Of a DNA stretch of 64,000 nt, positions 1-9,328 are shown piece after piece. The translations under genes and the position numbers were made by a program. The number at the start of each line of letters is the position of its first letter. Within the stretch, counting starts at the first letter, position 1. A model generated the notes under the pieces. The model had not been told where the DNA came from. It did not search any database and saw nothing but the letters and a program-made list of their open reading frames with translations. The DNA is from a virus: the IMG/VR virus record IMGVR_UViG_3300023235_000012, positions 73,268 through 137,267 of that record, one strand, 5' to 3'.

Positions 1-1198
1 TCATCTTGAAATTTTTAAATCTTCCCATCATCTTTTCAAAGCTTTGCCAGAGCTCTTTTTCTCCAAAGGTACCAAACATAAATGAGTCATCATCTTGTTC
101 TAATTGGATATAAGCATAATATTGGACAAGAGGCATAATAGTTTCAGATAGTAACTCTTCACATTGAGCCGAATCGTTTATCCAGTTATCTCCATCCGAT
201 GCTTGAGCAAAATACAAATTCCAATCTGATGACGGGTAACGTTTTTGAATAATTTCATGAGCTAATTTCAATGCTGTACTGGCGACGGTACCGCCTGATT
301 CTTTCGAATGGAAAAACTCCTGTTCATCTACTTCTTTAGCACTATGAGTGTGGCGAATGAAGACAATTTCGATCTTTTCGTATTTTCGCTGTAAGAAAAG
401 GTATAGAAGAATAAAGAATCTCTTGGCGAGATCTTTTTCATATTCTCCCATTGAGGCACTGACGTCCATGATACAAAACATCGCAGCTTTTGTAGTTGGA
501 TCTGGTTTATTTTCAAAAGAATTGAAACGTAAATCAACATCATCTATGAACGGTACCTTTTCTCTTAGATCTTTGAGTTCTTCTAATTTCTTTTTAAGTT
601 CTTTAGAAGAAGGATCTTTTTTAATCAACAACTCGATTTTTTCAATTTCATCATCGAACGCTGCTTGTAAAGCGATCTTGCGAGCTAGCGCTTGCTTCAT
701 TGATCTCAAAACATTCAGATTAGATGGATTTCCTACTGGAGTAAAACCTGATCTCTTTAGTTTCTGGACTTCAATGTCTTTAAGTTGAGTTTTTATTAGA
801 TCGGGTAACTCAAGATCTTCGAAGAAGAATTCTAAGAATTCTTCTCTACTGATGTTGAAGACAAAATCATCTTCACCTTCTCCATCGGATGATCCTTCTC
901 TTCCACCTGCACCACCACATGGTGGACGTTGGATTTCATCTCCGACAATGTGTTTTTTGTTTCCGGGGAGGACGTGATCTTTCTTTCCTCCCTTACCGTT
1001 TTGGAAGCTAGGCTCTTTAATTCCTTTAGAAGGGATCTTGATTTTATCACCCGAACCGATATCTTTGATGCTTCGTTCAGAAACGATCTGATCGACTCTT
1101 TCTTTGATTACAGCTTTGGAACGTTTGATAAAGCGTTGTCGGTTGGAAGAACTTTTGTTCTTGCCGTTTTTACGTCGATCGATTATAATTGATGACAC
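1..1198 (-). CDS. yeaH: YeaH/YhbH family (DUF444, vWA-like) protein; 3' end runs off the window
   Basis: Missing from the ORF track. GTG at 1198 after SD AAGGAG translates MSSIIIDRRKNGKNKSSSNRQRFIKR, typical of the YeaH N-terminus. Still in frame at base 2 (…NFKM); lies directly downstream of prkA. Confidence 0.9.
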   Translation of the reverse strand, partial: MSSIIIDRRKNGKNKSSSNRQRFIKRSKAVIKERVDQIVSERSIKDIGSGDKIKIPSKGIKEPSFQNGKGGKKDHVLPGNKKHIVGDEIQRPPCGGAGGREGSSDGEGEDDFVFNISREEFLEFFFEDLELPDLIKTQLKDIEVQKLKRSGFTPVGNPSNLNVLRSMKQALARKIALQAAFDDEIEKIELLIKKDPSSKELKKKLEELKDLREKVPFIDDVDLRFNSFENKPDPTTKAAMFCIMDVSASMGEYEKDLAKRFFILLYLFLQRKYEKIEIVFIRHTHSAKEVDEQEFFHSKESGGTVASTALKLAHEIIQKRYPSSDWNLYFAQASDGDNWINDSAQCEELLSETIMPLVQYYAYIQLEQDDDSFMFGTFGEKELWQSFEKMMGRFKNFKM

Positions 1199-1207
1199 GT
1201 TAGCTCC

Positions 1208-3148
1208 TTATGTCGATTTTTTCACGCGCATATACCATTCGACTAAGAGACGAGTCTGTCTCTCTGTATAACCCTTTTCCTTCATTCGTTCAACAAAATC
1301 TTTGTGCTTCTTTTCATCGTCTTCGCTTGACTTCGAACCAAAGCTAATCACTGGAAGAATGTTTTCAGTTGAACTAAACATCTTCTTCTCAATTACTTCG
1401 CGAAGCTTTTCATATGACGTCCATTTTGGATTCTTGCCTTTGTTTTTGGCGCGGAACCGTAGAGCGAAATTAACCACTTCGCCACGAAAGTCTTTTGGAT
1501 TAGCGATTCCAGCAGATTTTTCAATTTTCTCTAGTTCGTCATTTAATGCAGAACGTTCAAACATTTCACCGGTATCATGATCCTTATAATCTTTATCATC
1601 AATCCAGTGATCAGCATAATCAATGTAACGATCAAACAAATTCTGTCCGTATTCTGAATAGCTTTCGAGATAAGCAATTTGAATTTCTTTACCGATATAT
1701 TCTGCATATTTGTCTTTGAGATATTCGTTAAGGAAGCCGATGTATTGTTCTTCGGTTTCCGTCGAGAATTGTTCCTTGATTATACTTTCTTCTAAAACTC
1801 GCAAAAGATGTACTGGATTAGCACCAATCTCTTCTGGATCATAATTGAACACCTTTGACAAAATTTTGAACGCAAAGCGAGTTGACAATCCTGACATACC
1901 TTCATCAACACCACCTACGTCTCGGTATTCTGAGATTGACTTAGCTCGAGGATCAACGTCTTTCAAATTTTCACCATCATAAATTCTCATCTTCGAAAAT
2001 AAACTGCTATTTTCTGGAATCTTGAGGCGGGATAAAATGGCCATCTGTGCCATCATCTCTAATGTCTTTGGCGTGCAGGGAGCGTTCGCCAGAGAAGAGC
2101 TTGCCAACAGCTTTTCGTAGATCTCCTGCTCTTCAGTTGTCCGCAAGCAATAGGGAACCTTGACGATGTAAATACGGTCGAGAAAGGCTTCATTGTTTTT
2201 GTTGTTTCTAAACGTCGTCCATTCTGATTCATTCGAGTGGGCCAGGATCACACCATGAAAAGGAATAGCACCAATGTTTTCAGTTCCGATATAATTCCCT
2301 TCTTGTGTCGCCGTGAGTAACGGATGCAATACCTTGATCGGGGCTTTGAACATTTCCACGAATTCCAATACCCCTTGGTTTGCCCGGCATAGCCCACCAT
2401 CATAAGAATAGCAATCCGGGTCATTCTGTGCGAATTTGTTCAATTTTCTGATATCAACCTTACCAACCAAGGCACTGATATCCTGGTTATTCTCATCACC
2501 TGGTTCAGTCTTTGAGATTGCAATCTGATTAAGCTTAGATGGATTCAAACGAACCACCTTGAACTTGCTGATATCACCATCAAAATCTTCACGAAGCCTC
2601 TTGTTCGCCCATGGACTCATTAGTCCATTTAGGTATCGACTTGGAATATTATATTCTTTCTCGAGTCGATCGGTCCATTGTTCAGGATCGAATAGCCCTA
2701 GCGGACTTTCGAAAATGGGACTAGTGGAGTCGTCTGTCGCCAGAGCATAAATTGGAAAACTTTCAGCCAAAGATTTGATTCTTTCTGCGAGGCTTGATTT
2801 TCCTCCACCGACTGGCCCTAGGAGATAGAGGATCTGCTTCTTTTCTTCGAGTCCTTGTGCTGCGTGCTTGAAATAACCGACGATCTGTTCAACAGTGTCT
2901 TCCATCCCGTAGAAATCTTTGAAGGAAGGATAAACCTTAATGGTCCGATTATTAAAGACGCGACTAAATCGAGCGTCGTCGCTGGTGTCTACCATTTCTG
3001 GTTCACCAATAGCTTTCAACATTCTTTCTGCTGCTGTTGCGTAGGTTGATGGGTCTTCTTTGCACAGCTTTAAATATTCCTGTATTGTAAGTTCTTCTTG
3101 CTTCTTAGTATCATAGTGACTCTTGAAATCTTGAAAGATATTGGTCAT
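1208..3148 (-). CDS. prkA: PrkA/YeaG family AAA+ ATPase / serine kinase
   Basis: 646 aa; Walker A GPVGGGKS; KTEPGDENNQDISALVGKVDIR; ANQGVLEFVEMFKAPIKVLHPLLTATQE. Confidence 0.95.
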   Translation of the reverse strand: MTNIFQDFKSHYDTKKQEELTIQEYLKLCKEDPSTYATAAERMLKAIGEPEMVDTSDDARFSRVFNNRTIKVYPSFKDFYGMEDTVEQIVGYFKHAAQGLEEKKQILYLLGPVGGGKSSLAERIKSLAESFPIYALATDDSTSPIFESPLGLFDPEQWTDRLEKEYNIPSRYLNGLMSPWANKRLREDFDGDISKFKVVRLNPSKLNQIAISKTEPGDENNQDISALVGKVDIRKLNKFAQNDPDCYSYDGGLCRANQGVLEFVEMFKAPIKVLHPLLTATQEGNYIGTENIGAIPFHGVILAHSNESEWTTFRNNKNNEAFLDRIYIVKVPYCLRTTEEQEIYEKLLASSSLANAPCTPKTLEMMAQMAILSRLKIPENSSLFSKMRIYDGENLKDVDPRAKSISEYRDVGGVDEGMSGLSTRFAFKILSKVFNYDPEEIGANPVHLLRVLEESIIKEQFSTETEEQYIGFLNEYLKDKYAEYIGKEIQIAYLESYSEYGQNLFDRYIDYADHWIDDKDYKDHDTGEMFERSALNDELEKIEKSAGIANPKDFRGEVVNFALRFRAKNKGKNPKWTSYEKLREVIEKKMFSSTENILPVISFGSKSSEDDEKKHKDFVERMKEKGYTERQTRLLVEWYMRVKKST

Positions 3149-3186
3149 CTTTTCTCCATTCGGTCTTTAAATTAATTCATTTCTAT

Positions 3187-3960
3187 TTAGTCGCCTAAGT
3201 CAGCGACCCGACGCTCAATTTCTTTTTCTATTGTAGAATAAAGATCCGGGTCGAATCTTTCATCTTTTGGATTTAATGAATCCATATTATCACACATCCA
3301 GACGAAATAACCGGTCGGAATGTCTTTCAACAGTTTTCCTTTATGTTTTCCAAAAGGAAATCGGGCGAATACATATCGCTGCCAACAGAGATCAATCAAT
3401 TCTTCATCAGATAAATCTTCGTAGTCATTCTTACGAAGTTGATTGAATAATCGCAAAGCCATCCATACATCAGCTTCTGCGCGGTGGACTGTATCTGCTT
3501 CTGGAACATCCAGATTGAAAAACTCAATAGCCGCTGGAAGATTCGTGTATTTTAGGCGAGGTTTGTGTCCGTGAGCCCGTCGCAACAGTCGATTGGTACA
3601 GAGCCAATTTTCTCTAGAAAGCCATTCGGTGTCTTTTTCGGTTAGGCCGGCGAAATCAAGGTTGTTTCGAATAACTGGCATGTCGTACGGTGCGTGATGA
3701 GCGACGTATATTGGGTTATCTCCTGGACGGAGAAGCTTAATCACATCTTCGATTTTTTCAAAGAAAGTAGGTTGATCTTTAACCATTTCCTCATCAATAC
3801 CTGTCAATTTCTGTACGTTTTCTGGAATACCTTCAACCGGGCGAAGAAGAAACGATTCCATTGTCTCTGTCTCTACATCACAAACGGCGATCTCAATAAT
3901 CTCAGCTGTCTTCACGTTAAGACCGGTCGTTTCGGTGTCTACTACCAGGATAGGTCGCAT
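3187..3960 (-). CDS. DEDDh 3'-5' exonuclease (DnaQ/ExoX-like)
   Basis: DTETTG, HHAPYD, HRAEADV motifs; C-terminal FPFGKHKG domain. Confidence 0.88.
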   Translation of the reverse strand: MRPILVVDTETTGLNVKTAEIIEIAVCDVETETMESFLLRPVEGIPENVQKLTGIDEEMVKDQPTFFEKIEDVIKLLRPGDNPIYVAHHAPYDMPVIRNNLDFAGLTEKDTEWLSRENWLCTNRLLRRAHGHKPRLKYTNLPAAIEFFNLDVPEADTVHRAEADVWMALRLFNQLRKNDYEDLSDEELIDLCWQRYVFARFPFGKHKGKLLKDIPTGYFVWMCDNMDSLNPKDERFDPDLYSTIEKEIERRVADLGD

Positions 3961-4184
3961 CGTCGACTCCTTATTTTATCACGTCTTTTTGTATATAATG
4001 TTTCAATATTTCTAAAAAACACAAGAGTCCAAAGATGTTCTTGAAAAGATACAGACCAGATTCCGCCTATTTCTTTTCTATTTATCATCGCTATTCTTTC
4101 TTTGTAAGTTTTTTCATTGCAATATAAAAACCAAATTAAAAACAATATTAGGCTAGAAAGAACGACCACCCAAAAGAAAAACAT
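3942..4184 (-). CDS. small membrane protein
   Basis: N-terminal hydrophobic helix; packed into the operon. Confidence 0.5.
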   Translation of the reverse strand: MFFFWVVVLSSLILFLIWFLYCNEKTYKERIAMINRKEIGGIWSVSFQEHLWTLVFFRNIETLYTKRRDKIRSRRCDLSW

Positions 4185-4352
4185 TCAACACTGCTCCTCG
4201 ATTTCAGTTTCAAAACCAAGCTCTTCAAGAAGAGCTTGCAACGCTAAGGTCCCATTGTCTTCTTCATTATGATTCCACGAAAATCTTTTCTCATTTGGAA
4301 GTATGATTTCCCATCCATCATATTGTAATCCAATCGTTATTTTTTCAGTCAT
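4185..4352 (-). CDS. hypothetical protein (55 aa)
   Basis: MTEKITIGLQYDGWEIILPNEKRFSW…; fills the gap between neighbours; below the track cutoff. Confidence 0.55.
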   Translation of the reverse strand: MTEKITIGLQYDGWEIILPNEKRFSWNHNEEDNGTLALQALLEELGFETEIEEQC

Positions 4353-4746
4353 TATTCAACACTCCTTTAATTATTTCTCTTGCTTGTTTTGGTTTGATAA
4401 GCTGACCATAAAGAGGAGCTGAAAGCTTCTTCGAAACAATCTTCAAGGCAGATTTTCGTTCGTGCCTGTTTCCATTTTCCATAAGCCATTTATATTCCGC
4501 TTGATGAGCTGGAATTTCTTCCTGGATTCTGAAGACCGGATCTTCGATGTATCGTGCCCACCAACCTTCTACGTCGGGTTTTTGTCGGGCACCATGAATT
4601 TCTTCATGGGAGATGAGCTCGGCGGGAATATGAATCCTATTCGGATTATAAATTTTGTCTCCCCATGCGAAGATAACAGTTTTAGTAATCGGAAAAACCT
4701 TTATCAATTCATCAAAATTTGGAGGATAGTCTTCAATTATTTTCAT
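4345..4746 (-). CDS. hypothetical protein with HExxH motif (possible zincin)
   Basis: HEEIH followed by a downstream E; ATGA overlap with clpS. Confidence 0.55.
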   Translation of the reverse strand: MKIIEDYPPNFDELIKVFPITKTVIFAWGDKIYNPNRIHIPAELISHEEIHGARQKPDVEGWWARYIEDPVFRIQEEIPAHQAEYKWLMENGNRHERKSALKIVSKKLSAPLYGQLIKPKQAREIIKGVLNND

Positions 4747-5048
4747 TCTTCTACAACTTGTGCCGTCAAAGGAAATTCACTTTGCCGAGCTAACATGATC
4801 GTTTCTGCTGCTTTTGTTTCGGCAATTTCCAGTGAAAAAGTTCCGGCAATGCCTTTACCTTTCTCGTGAATTTCTCGTGTGATGTTGAACGCCTCTGAAT
4901 CGGTTTTATGGAAAACAAATGATAACAGACCAATCACAAATGCCATAGTGGTATAGTCATCATTTAAAAGAATAACATGATAATTCTTTGGTTTTTGAAC
5001 CTTCGATTTTGTTTTAGTCTTCTTATCTATTACTGTTTCATCAGTCAT
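4743..5048 (-). CDS. clpS: Clp protease adaptor ClpS
   Basis: VILLNDDYTTMAFV, IHEKGKGIAG, AETK, FPL motifs. Confidence 0.93.
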   Translation of the reverse strand: MTDETVIDKKTKTKSKVQKPKNYHVILLNDDYTTMAFVIGLLSFVFHKTDSEAFNITREIHEKGKGIAGTFSLEIAETKAAETIMLARQSEFPLTAQVVEE

Positions 5049-5122
5049 ATTTTCTCACTTTCTCACTTTCTATAATAGATAGTAACACTTGATTAGAAGA
5101 AAATCAATTATTTTCGTTATAA

Positions 5123-5287
5123 TTAAAAATCATGCCAATCAGTTGGATTAAGACCTTGAGGTGCGCGGCGCTGTCTGTGTGCACAACTTCTACAAAATCT
5201 CCAACGATATCCGTTTGTATAATTATCATCTTCATCGTATGGATGAATACCAAAAAAACATTTGAGATCTTCCCATATTTTTTTCAT
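5123..5287 (-). CDS. small Cys/His (putative Zn-binding) protein
   Basis: MKKIWEDLKCFFGIH…FCRSC, 54 aa. Confidence 0.5.
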   Translation of the reverse strand: MKKIWEDLKCFFGIHPYDEDDNYTNGYRWRFCRSCAHRQRRAPQGLNPTDWHDF

Positions 5288-5320
5288 CTTGGGTGTTTCC
5301 TTTCTATAAGCTTCTTCGAA

Positions 5321-5356
5321 TCTAGTGTCTAGTGTCTAGTGTCTAGTGTCTAGTGT
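5321..5356. repeat. perfect heptamer tandem repeat (TCTAGTG)x5
   Basis: read directly. Confidence 0.95.
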
Positions 5357-5428
5357 ATCGCCCATATCACAAATCCTTCTCGATGTTTTATTGTAATAAC
5401 ACGAACATCTTAGAAATCAAGAAGAAAA

Positions 5429-5926
5429 TTAGTCGTCTTTTTTATATTCGGCTCTAAGATCTTCTTTGTACTCTCGAATTAATATTATCTCATTGTTAAA
5501 CTCTGGAAGATCGTCCACCTTAATGTCTCCGGCATCATAACTGAAAGTAAGATGAGGCTTGTAATCTGGAAAATCAGAAGTCGCTTCATGCTCAGTCATA
5601 AGTGTTTGATTTCTTTCTTTGATTTCTGGGCAATCAATTTTCAAAACAAGACAATTTGGATTTCCTTCGATATGAGTACTAGTCCAGATGTCAAACCTAT
5701 CGGATTTAGCAGTGATCGGATATATATCCCGTGCAGCTTTATAGTTTGGGCACGGCTTCTTAGAATAAAGAAGAGTGATGTGTAGCTTCTCTGAAGTTAG
5801 TGCATTCTGAATCTTATTTTTATCCATATATTCTTTGATATGATCCAATGTTTCTTCTGCAAGATGGATTCCGACGAAAGTTCCCGGTTGTTCTGTTTCC
5901 ATAATCAATAATTCCTTAATCTTCAT
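5429..5926 (-). CDS. acb1: 2H phosphoesterase, T4 gp57B / anti-CBASS Acb1-like
   Basis: HITLLYS and PHLTFSY (two HxT motifs); ATSDFPDYKPH and REYKEDL resemble T4 57B. Confidence 0.8.
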   Translation of the reverse strand: MKIKELLIMETEQPGTFVGIHLAEETLDHIKEYMDKNKIQNALTSEKLHITLLYSKKPCPNYKAARDIYPITAKSDRFDIWTSTHIEGNPNCLVLKIDCPEIKERNQTLMTEHEATSDFPDYKPHLTFSYDAGDIKVDDLPEFNNEIILIREYKEDLRAEYKKDD

Positions 5927-5938
5927 TATTTTTCCTCG

Positions 5939-6598
5939 TTAACTAACGATACCTAATTCTTCTATGGTCAAGCGATTTCCAAATACAGCACCAGTATCAA
6001 TAAATCTAGAATTACCAAGTTGTTTGGTTGACTGTAGCGGGGTATGTCCATGATACGTCATGAAGATATTCTTGATGATAAAGCTGTCATTGTGACTAAT
6101 TTTTGAACGCGACCATAGAACATCATGTTCATAGGCAAATGGTTCTTCATGCAATTTTGACCAATCATCTACTGCGGGATCTGCATGCGTAATTCCTATT
6201 AAACCAGATAAGGTCTCGACCTCAAAAACTAATGGCAAATTCTTAGCATATTCAAAACATCTTCGTATTTTTTCTTGATCAATATTAAGCATCCATTCTC
6301 CACCATTATGAACATGATGCTGGATTTTTTGTCCATATGCAGTCTCATCAATAATAGCGTCCATCATCATTAATTCATGATTCCCCATCACCGAATGAAA
6401 CCATTCATTTTCTAATAATAACAAACATTCAAAAGATTTTGGACCCCGATCGACTAAATCACCAACAGAAAACATTCTGTCGACGCTTGAATCAAACGAA
6501 ATCTCTTGTAATTTTTCGTTGAATAAATCAAGTTCACCATGGATATCCCCGACGACGAAATCTCGGCCGTCGATGTTTTGTCGAAAACGTTTTATCAT
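5939..6598 (-). CDS. Ser/Thr protein phosphatase (lambda NinI/PphA-like)
   Basis: GDIHG, GDLVDRG, GNHE, HGHTP, IDTGA. Confidence 0.92.
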   Translation of the reverse strand: MIKRFRQNIDGRDFVVGDIHGELDLFNEKLQEISFDSSVDRMFSVGDLVDRGPKSFECLLLLENEWFHSVMGNHELMMMDAIIDETAYGQKIQHHVHNGGEWMLNIDQEKIRRCFEYAKNLPLVFEVETLSGLIGITHADPAVDDWSKLHEEPFAYEHDVLWSRSKISHNDSFIIKNIFMTYHGHTPLQSTKQLGNSRFIDTGAVFGNRLTIEELGIVS

Positions 6599-6842
6599 AG
6601 AAGATTTTCCAAGATGAACTCTTTCAAATCTTCAATAGTGTGACAGTTCTCTAATCGATCGAGTAAAAGTTCGCACCTTACACAATACTTTTTCAGTCCA
6701 CTCTATCTGGGATTCGCATTGGATATATTTTTCATTCATGATTAATTCCAGTTAATACAACAATATAAAAATGACAGGCGAAACAGCGAGCATCAGCAAC
6801 ACACAGGTGATCTTCATATCAATATCCCACCACGGGTTGTAG

Positions 6843-7022
6843 TTACTTCTTTTCATTCTTTGCTGCTTGAATTTCTTTACGACGAACGTCTGCTAGCTTC
6901 TTAATTTCCATCAAAGCTTTTCGTGCACGTGTTCCAGCAGCGCTGTTCTTTTTGTCTTCAAATTTCTCGTTTTCTGCTAGAAAGAGTTCAACTTGTTCTG
7001 CTAGTTGTGTCGTGGTTGTCAT
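6843..7022 (-). CDS. small basic histone H1-like (Hc1-type) protein
   Basis: 59 aa; ENEKFEDKKNSAAGTRARKALMEIKK; SD AGGAG; absent from the track. Confidence 0.7.
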   Translation of the reverse strand: MTTTTQLAEQVELFLAENEKFEDKKNSAAGTRARKALMEIKKLADVRRKEIQAAKNEKK

Positions 7023-7023
7023 G

Positions 7024-7422
7024 TTATCTCCTTTTGATTATTTGGACCTCAACTGGGCCTCTTGGTTTTCGTGAGATTTGAGGTTTCTTTCTGTTTCTTC
7101 TATTGTATTCGTTCCTAATTTTTCTCTCGTCAATTTGACTTATCGGTAGAATAATCCCTATCGTTTTAAGATCATTCATCGCTTGTTCGTATGGTTGAAG
7201 TTTAAATAATGTTCTAACCCATCCTGTCACGTTCAAAAGATCTGTACGATTAACATTTAAAGTTAATGCATTATTCAATTTCTTTCTTTCGAAAAACTTA
7301 GCAATTATGATTATTTCACTTGTTAATAAACCTTCTCTGTTTTTCCTCTTTTCGATAGCTCCCAGATGATTTAGATACTTATTTTTCTTTTTTGCGTCTG
7401 GATCTAAAAATCTAATTTCCAT
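7024..7422 (-). CDS. hypothetical basic protein
   Basis: 132 aa; TATAAATA upstream at 7455-7462. Confidence 0.6.
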   Translation of the reverse strand: MEIRFLDPDAKKKNKYLNHLGAIEKRKNREGLLTSEIIIIAKFFERKKLNNALTLNVNRTDLLNVTGWVRTLFKLQPYEQAMNDLKTIGIILPISQIDERKIRNEYNRRNRKKPQISRKPRGPVEVQIIKRR

Positions 7423-7457
7423 TTTTCTTCCTATTTTTATTCCTATTTCTACTCTAT

Positions 7458-7919
7458 TTATATGGAAGCATCTTCGATCCCAGCCGAGCGAAGACGAATA
7501 ATATTATTCAATTGGAAACCTTTAGCTTCAAATCCTTTGGTAAGAGCCAAGAATTTATTTCGGATCAAAGCTACCTCATTTAGTAATATCTGAAGTTCGA
7601 CAATTTCTGCTTCGCCGTCGATATATTTGTCAATATCTCTAGACGTCAATTGTCTTTTATAATTCTCTAAATATTTCTTATAAAGAGAAGATCTTTCTCT
7701 TCTGAGATCAATGTTTAAGAATTCGAGAACAGCTTCGATCTCTTGTAATTGACGATAGCGGTATTCAAATTCACCTGGCAATCTAGCTGAATTATCTTCA
7801 ATACGTCCTTCAAGTTTTACTTCCTTGGTTGCATCTTGATATTCTTTTTCAAAATACTCCACAAAGGGAAGAATATTATTGTAAGACTCCTGAATTTTAT
7901 AAACCCAGCCTGACATCAA
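7458..7919 (-). CDS. uvsY: recombination mediator UvsY-like
   Basis: helical; LTSRDIDKYIDGE and KGFQLNNIIRLR; downstream of uvsX. Confidence 0.75.
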   Translation of the reverse strand: MMSGWVYKIQESYNNILPFVEYFEKEYQDATKEVKLEGRIEDNSARLPGEFEYRYRQLQEIEAVLEFLNIDLRRERSSLYKKYLENYKRQLTSRDIDKYIDGEAEIVELQILLNEVALIRNKFLALTKGFEAKGFQLNNIIRLRSAGIEDASI

Positions 7920-8143
7920 TAATCCACGTCATATTCGTCATCGGGATCTTCTTCTATCTTCGTTTTTTCTTCTATGGCTTCATCTAGAAAGCTACAGCGT
8001 CCATGAACTTCTTCAAAACGACTCACATCAATTCCACAATCCTCAAATATTTCAACAAATCGAAAAGCAGCTTCTTCAAGCTCTTTATCGGTAGTATGTG
8101 CCATAAAAAGCTGCCAAAGATCAATAAACAATTCTTCTTGCAT
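7916..8143 (-). CDS. hypothetical acidic protein
   Basis: 75 aa between uvsX and uvsY, overlapping both. Confidence 0.6.
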   Translation of the reverse strand: MQEELFIDLWQLFMAHTTDKELEEAAFRFVEIFEDCGIDVSRFEEVHGRCSFLDEAIEEKTKIEEDPDDEYDVDY

Positions 8144-9222
8144 TATTCCTCCAAAACTTCACCGGTTTCCGGATCGATTTCTTCTGTTTGTTTAACTTCT
8201 GGTTCATCATATCCAGCCATCATTTTGTCAAAAATTTCAGGTCCATAATTCTTGCGGAAATCTTTAAATTCAGTACCATCTGGACTATTGTACTTATACC
8301 GATTTCCTTCTTTGATAATCAGACCTTTCTTCTCAAACAAATCGAACAAACCCGAATATGGATCCATTCCTGTTTCCCAAGGAATTCTGATTTCAATCTT
8401 CTCAAAGGGTTTCGCATAACGAGACTTTCTAACTTGTGTCGATGCGCGGATACCAGTAACGTTTGTTACCTTGTTTCCATTTGCATCTTCCTTTAGCTTT
8501 AATTTTTCAAGTGCAACGATGATTGAACTTGCAAATTCAATAATCTTCCCACCAGTGATAACTGAATCAGGTCTGAACATGTCCTGTGAATCATATGTAT
8601 GATTTGTGACCACCAATCCAATGTTCTCCGAGCCGATAAGAGCAGTGACATTCTTTACCAATGATCCAAGCTGTTTAGCTTTTCGACCCATATCACCTTT
8701 CATATCACCTTTCTGAAATTGATCCTGATCGGTCGGTGTTAATAGCATCCCAATAGAATCAACGACGAAGAGTAGCATTGGTCGATCTTCAAGTGGAAGA
8801 TTGCCATATTCTCCCTTGTACTCTTTGATAAAATCATTGATGAACTTGGCGACATCATCGATAAAACTAGCATTAATCTTCATGATTTTATCAGGACTAG
8901 TATCGACTCCTAGTTTTGTAAGCCATTCTTCATCTAGAGCGTTTTCACTATCAATGATTACCGGGAAGATGCCTTTCTTTTGTGCATCTTTTACCAAATT
9001 TGCTGAGACGATATACGACTTTCCTGAACCCGATGATCCGGCAAACATTGTCATCTTTCCTTCAAGAGGAACACCCCCATCCCATCTTCCAGAAATCAGA
9101 AAATTAAGGGCATAACTTCCGGTATCTAGCCAGGTTTTTGGATCATTAAAACCTTCACTAATTCCACCGATCCCCTTAGTTACTGACTTGCGAAATTTTG
9201 AAATATCAACTGGTTTTGTGAT
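8143..9222 (-). CDS. uvsX: UvsX/RecA-like recombinase with non-canonical start (ATC 9222 or ATA 9225)
   Basis: Walker A GSSGSGKS, IDSENA, VVDSIGML, VTNHTY. Frame extends 56 codons upstream of the track start and includes WLDTGSYALNFLISG; AGGAGG precedes ATA-ATC. Confidence 0.9.
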   Translation of the reverse strand: MTKPVDISKFRKSVTKGIGGISEGFNDPKTWLDTGSYALNFLISGRWDGGVPLEGKMTMFAGSSGSGKSYIVSANLVKDAQKKGIFPVIIDSENALDEEWLTKLGVDTSPDKIMKINASFIDDVAKFINDFIKEYKGEYGNLPLEDRPMLLFVVDSIGMLLTPTDQDQFQKGDMKGDMGRKAKQLGSLVKNVTALIGSENIGLVVTNHTYDSQDMFRPDSVITGGKIIEFASSIIVALEKLKLKEDANGNKVTNVTGIRASTQVRKSRYAKPFEKIEIRIPWETGMDPYSGLFDLFEKKGLIIKEGNRYKYNSPDGTEFKDFRKNYGPEIFDKMMAGYDEPEVKQTEEIDPETGEVLEE

Positions 9223-9294
9223 TATAACCTCCTTCTGTCTATTGTCAGACAGGTATTACGATAAAGAAAAGATCATTGATCTTTTCTTTTGAAA

Positions 9295-9324
9295 AGATGA
9301 CAAGGGAATTAACCCCTGCCATCT
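9295..9324 (-). terminator. stem-loop plus U-tract after gene 32
   Basis: AGATGGCAGGGG/CCCTTGTCATCT followed by TTT on the minus strand. Confidence 0.65.
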
Positions 9325-9328
9325 GATT

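Noticed and set aside
328-1192. Four short track ORFs
   Set aside because: All overlap the yeaH frame that runs off the window.
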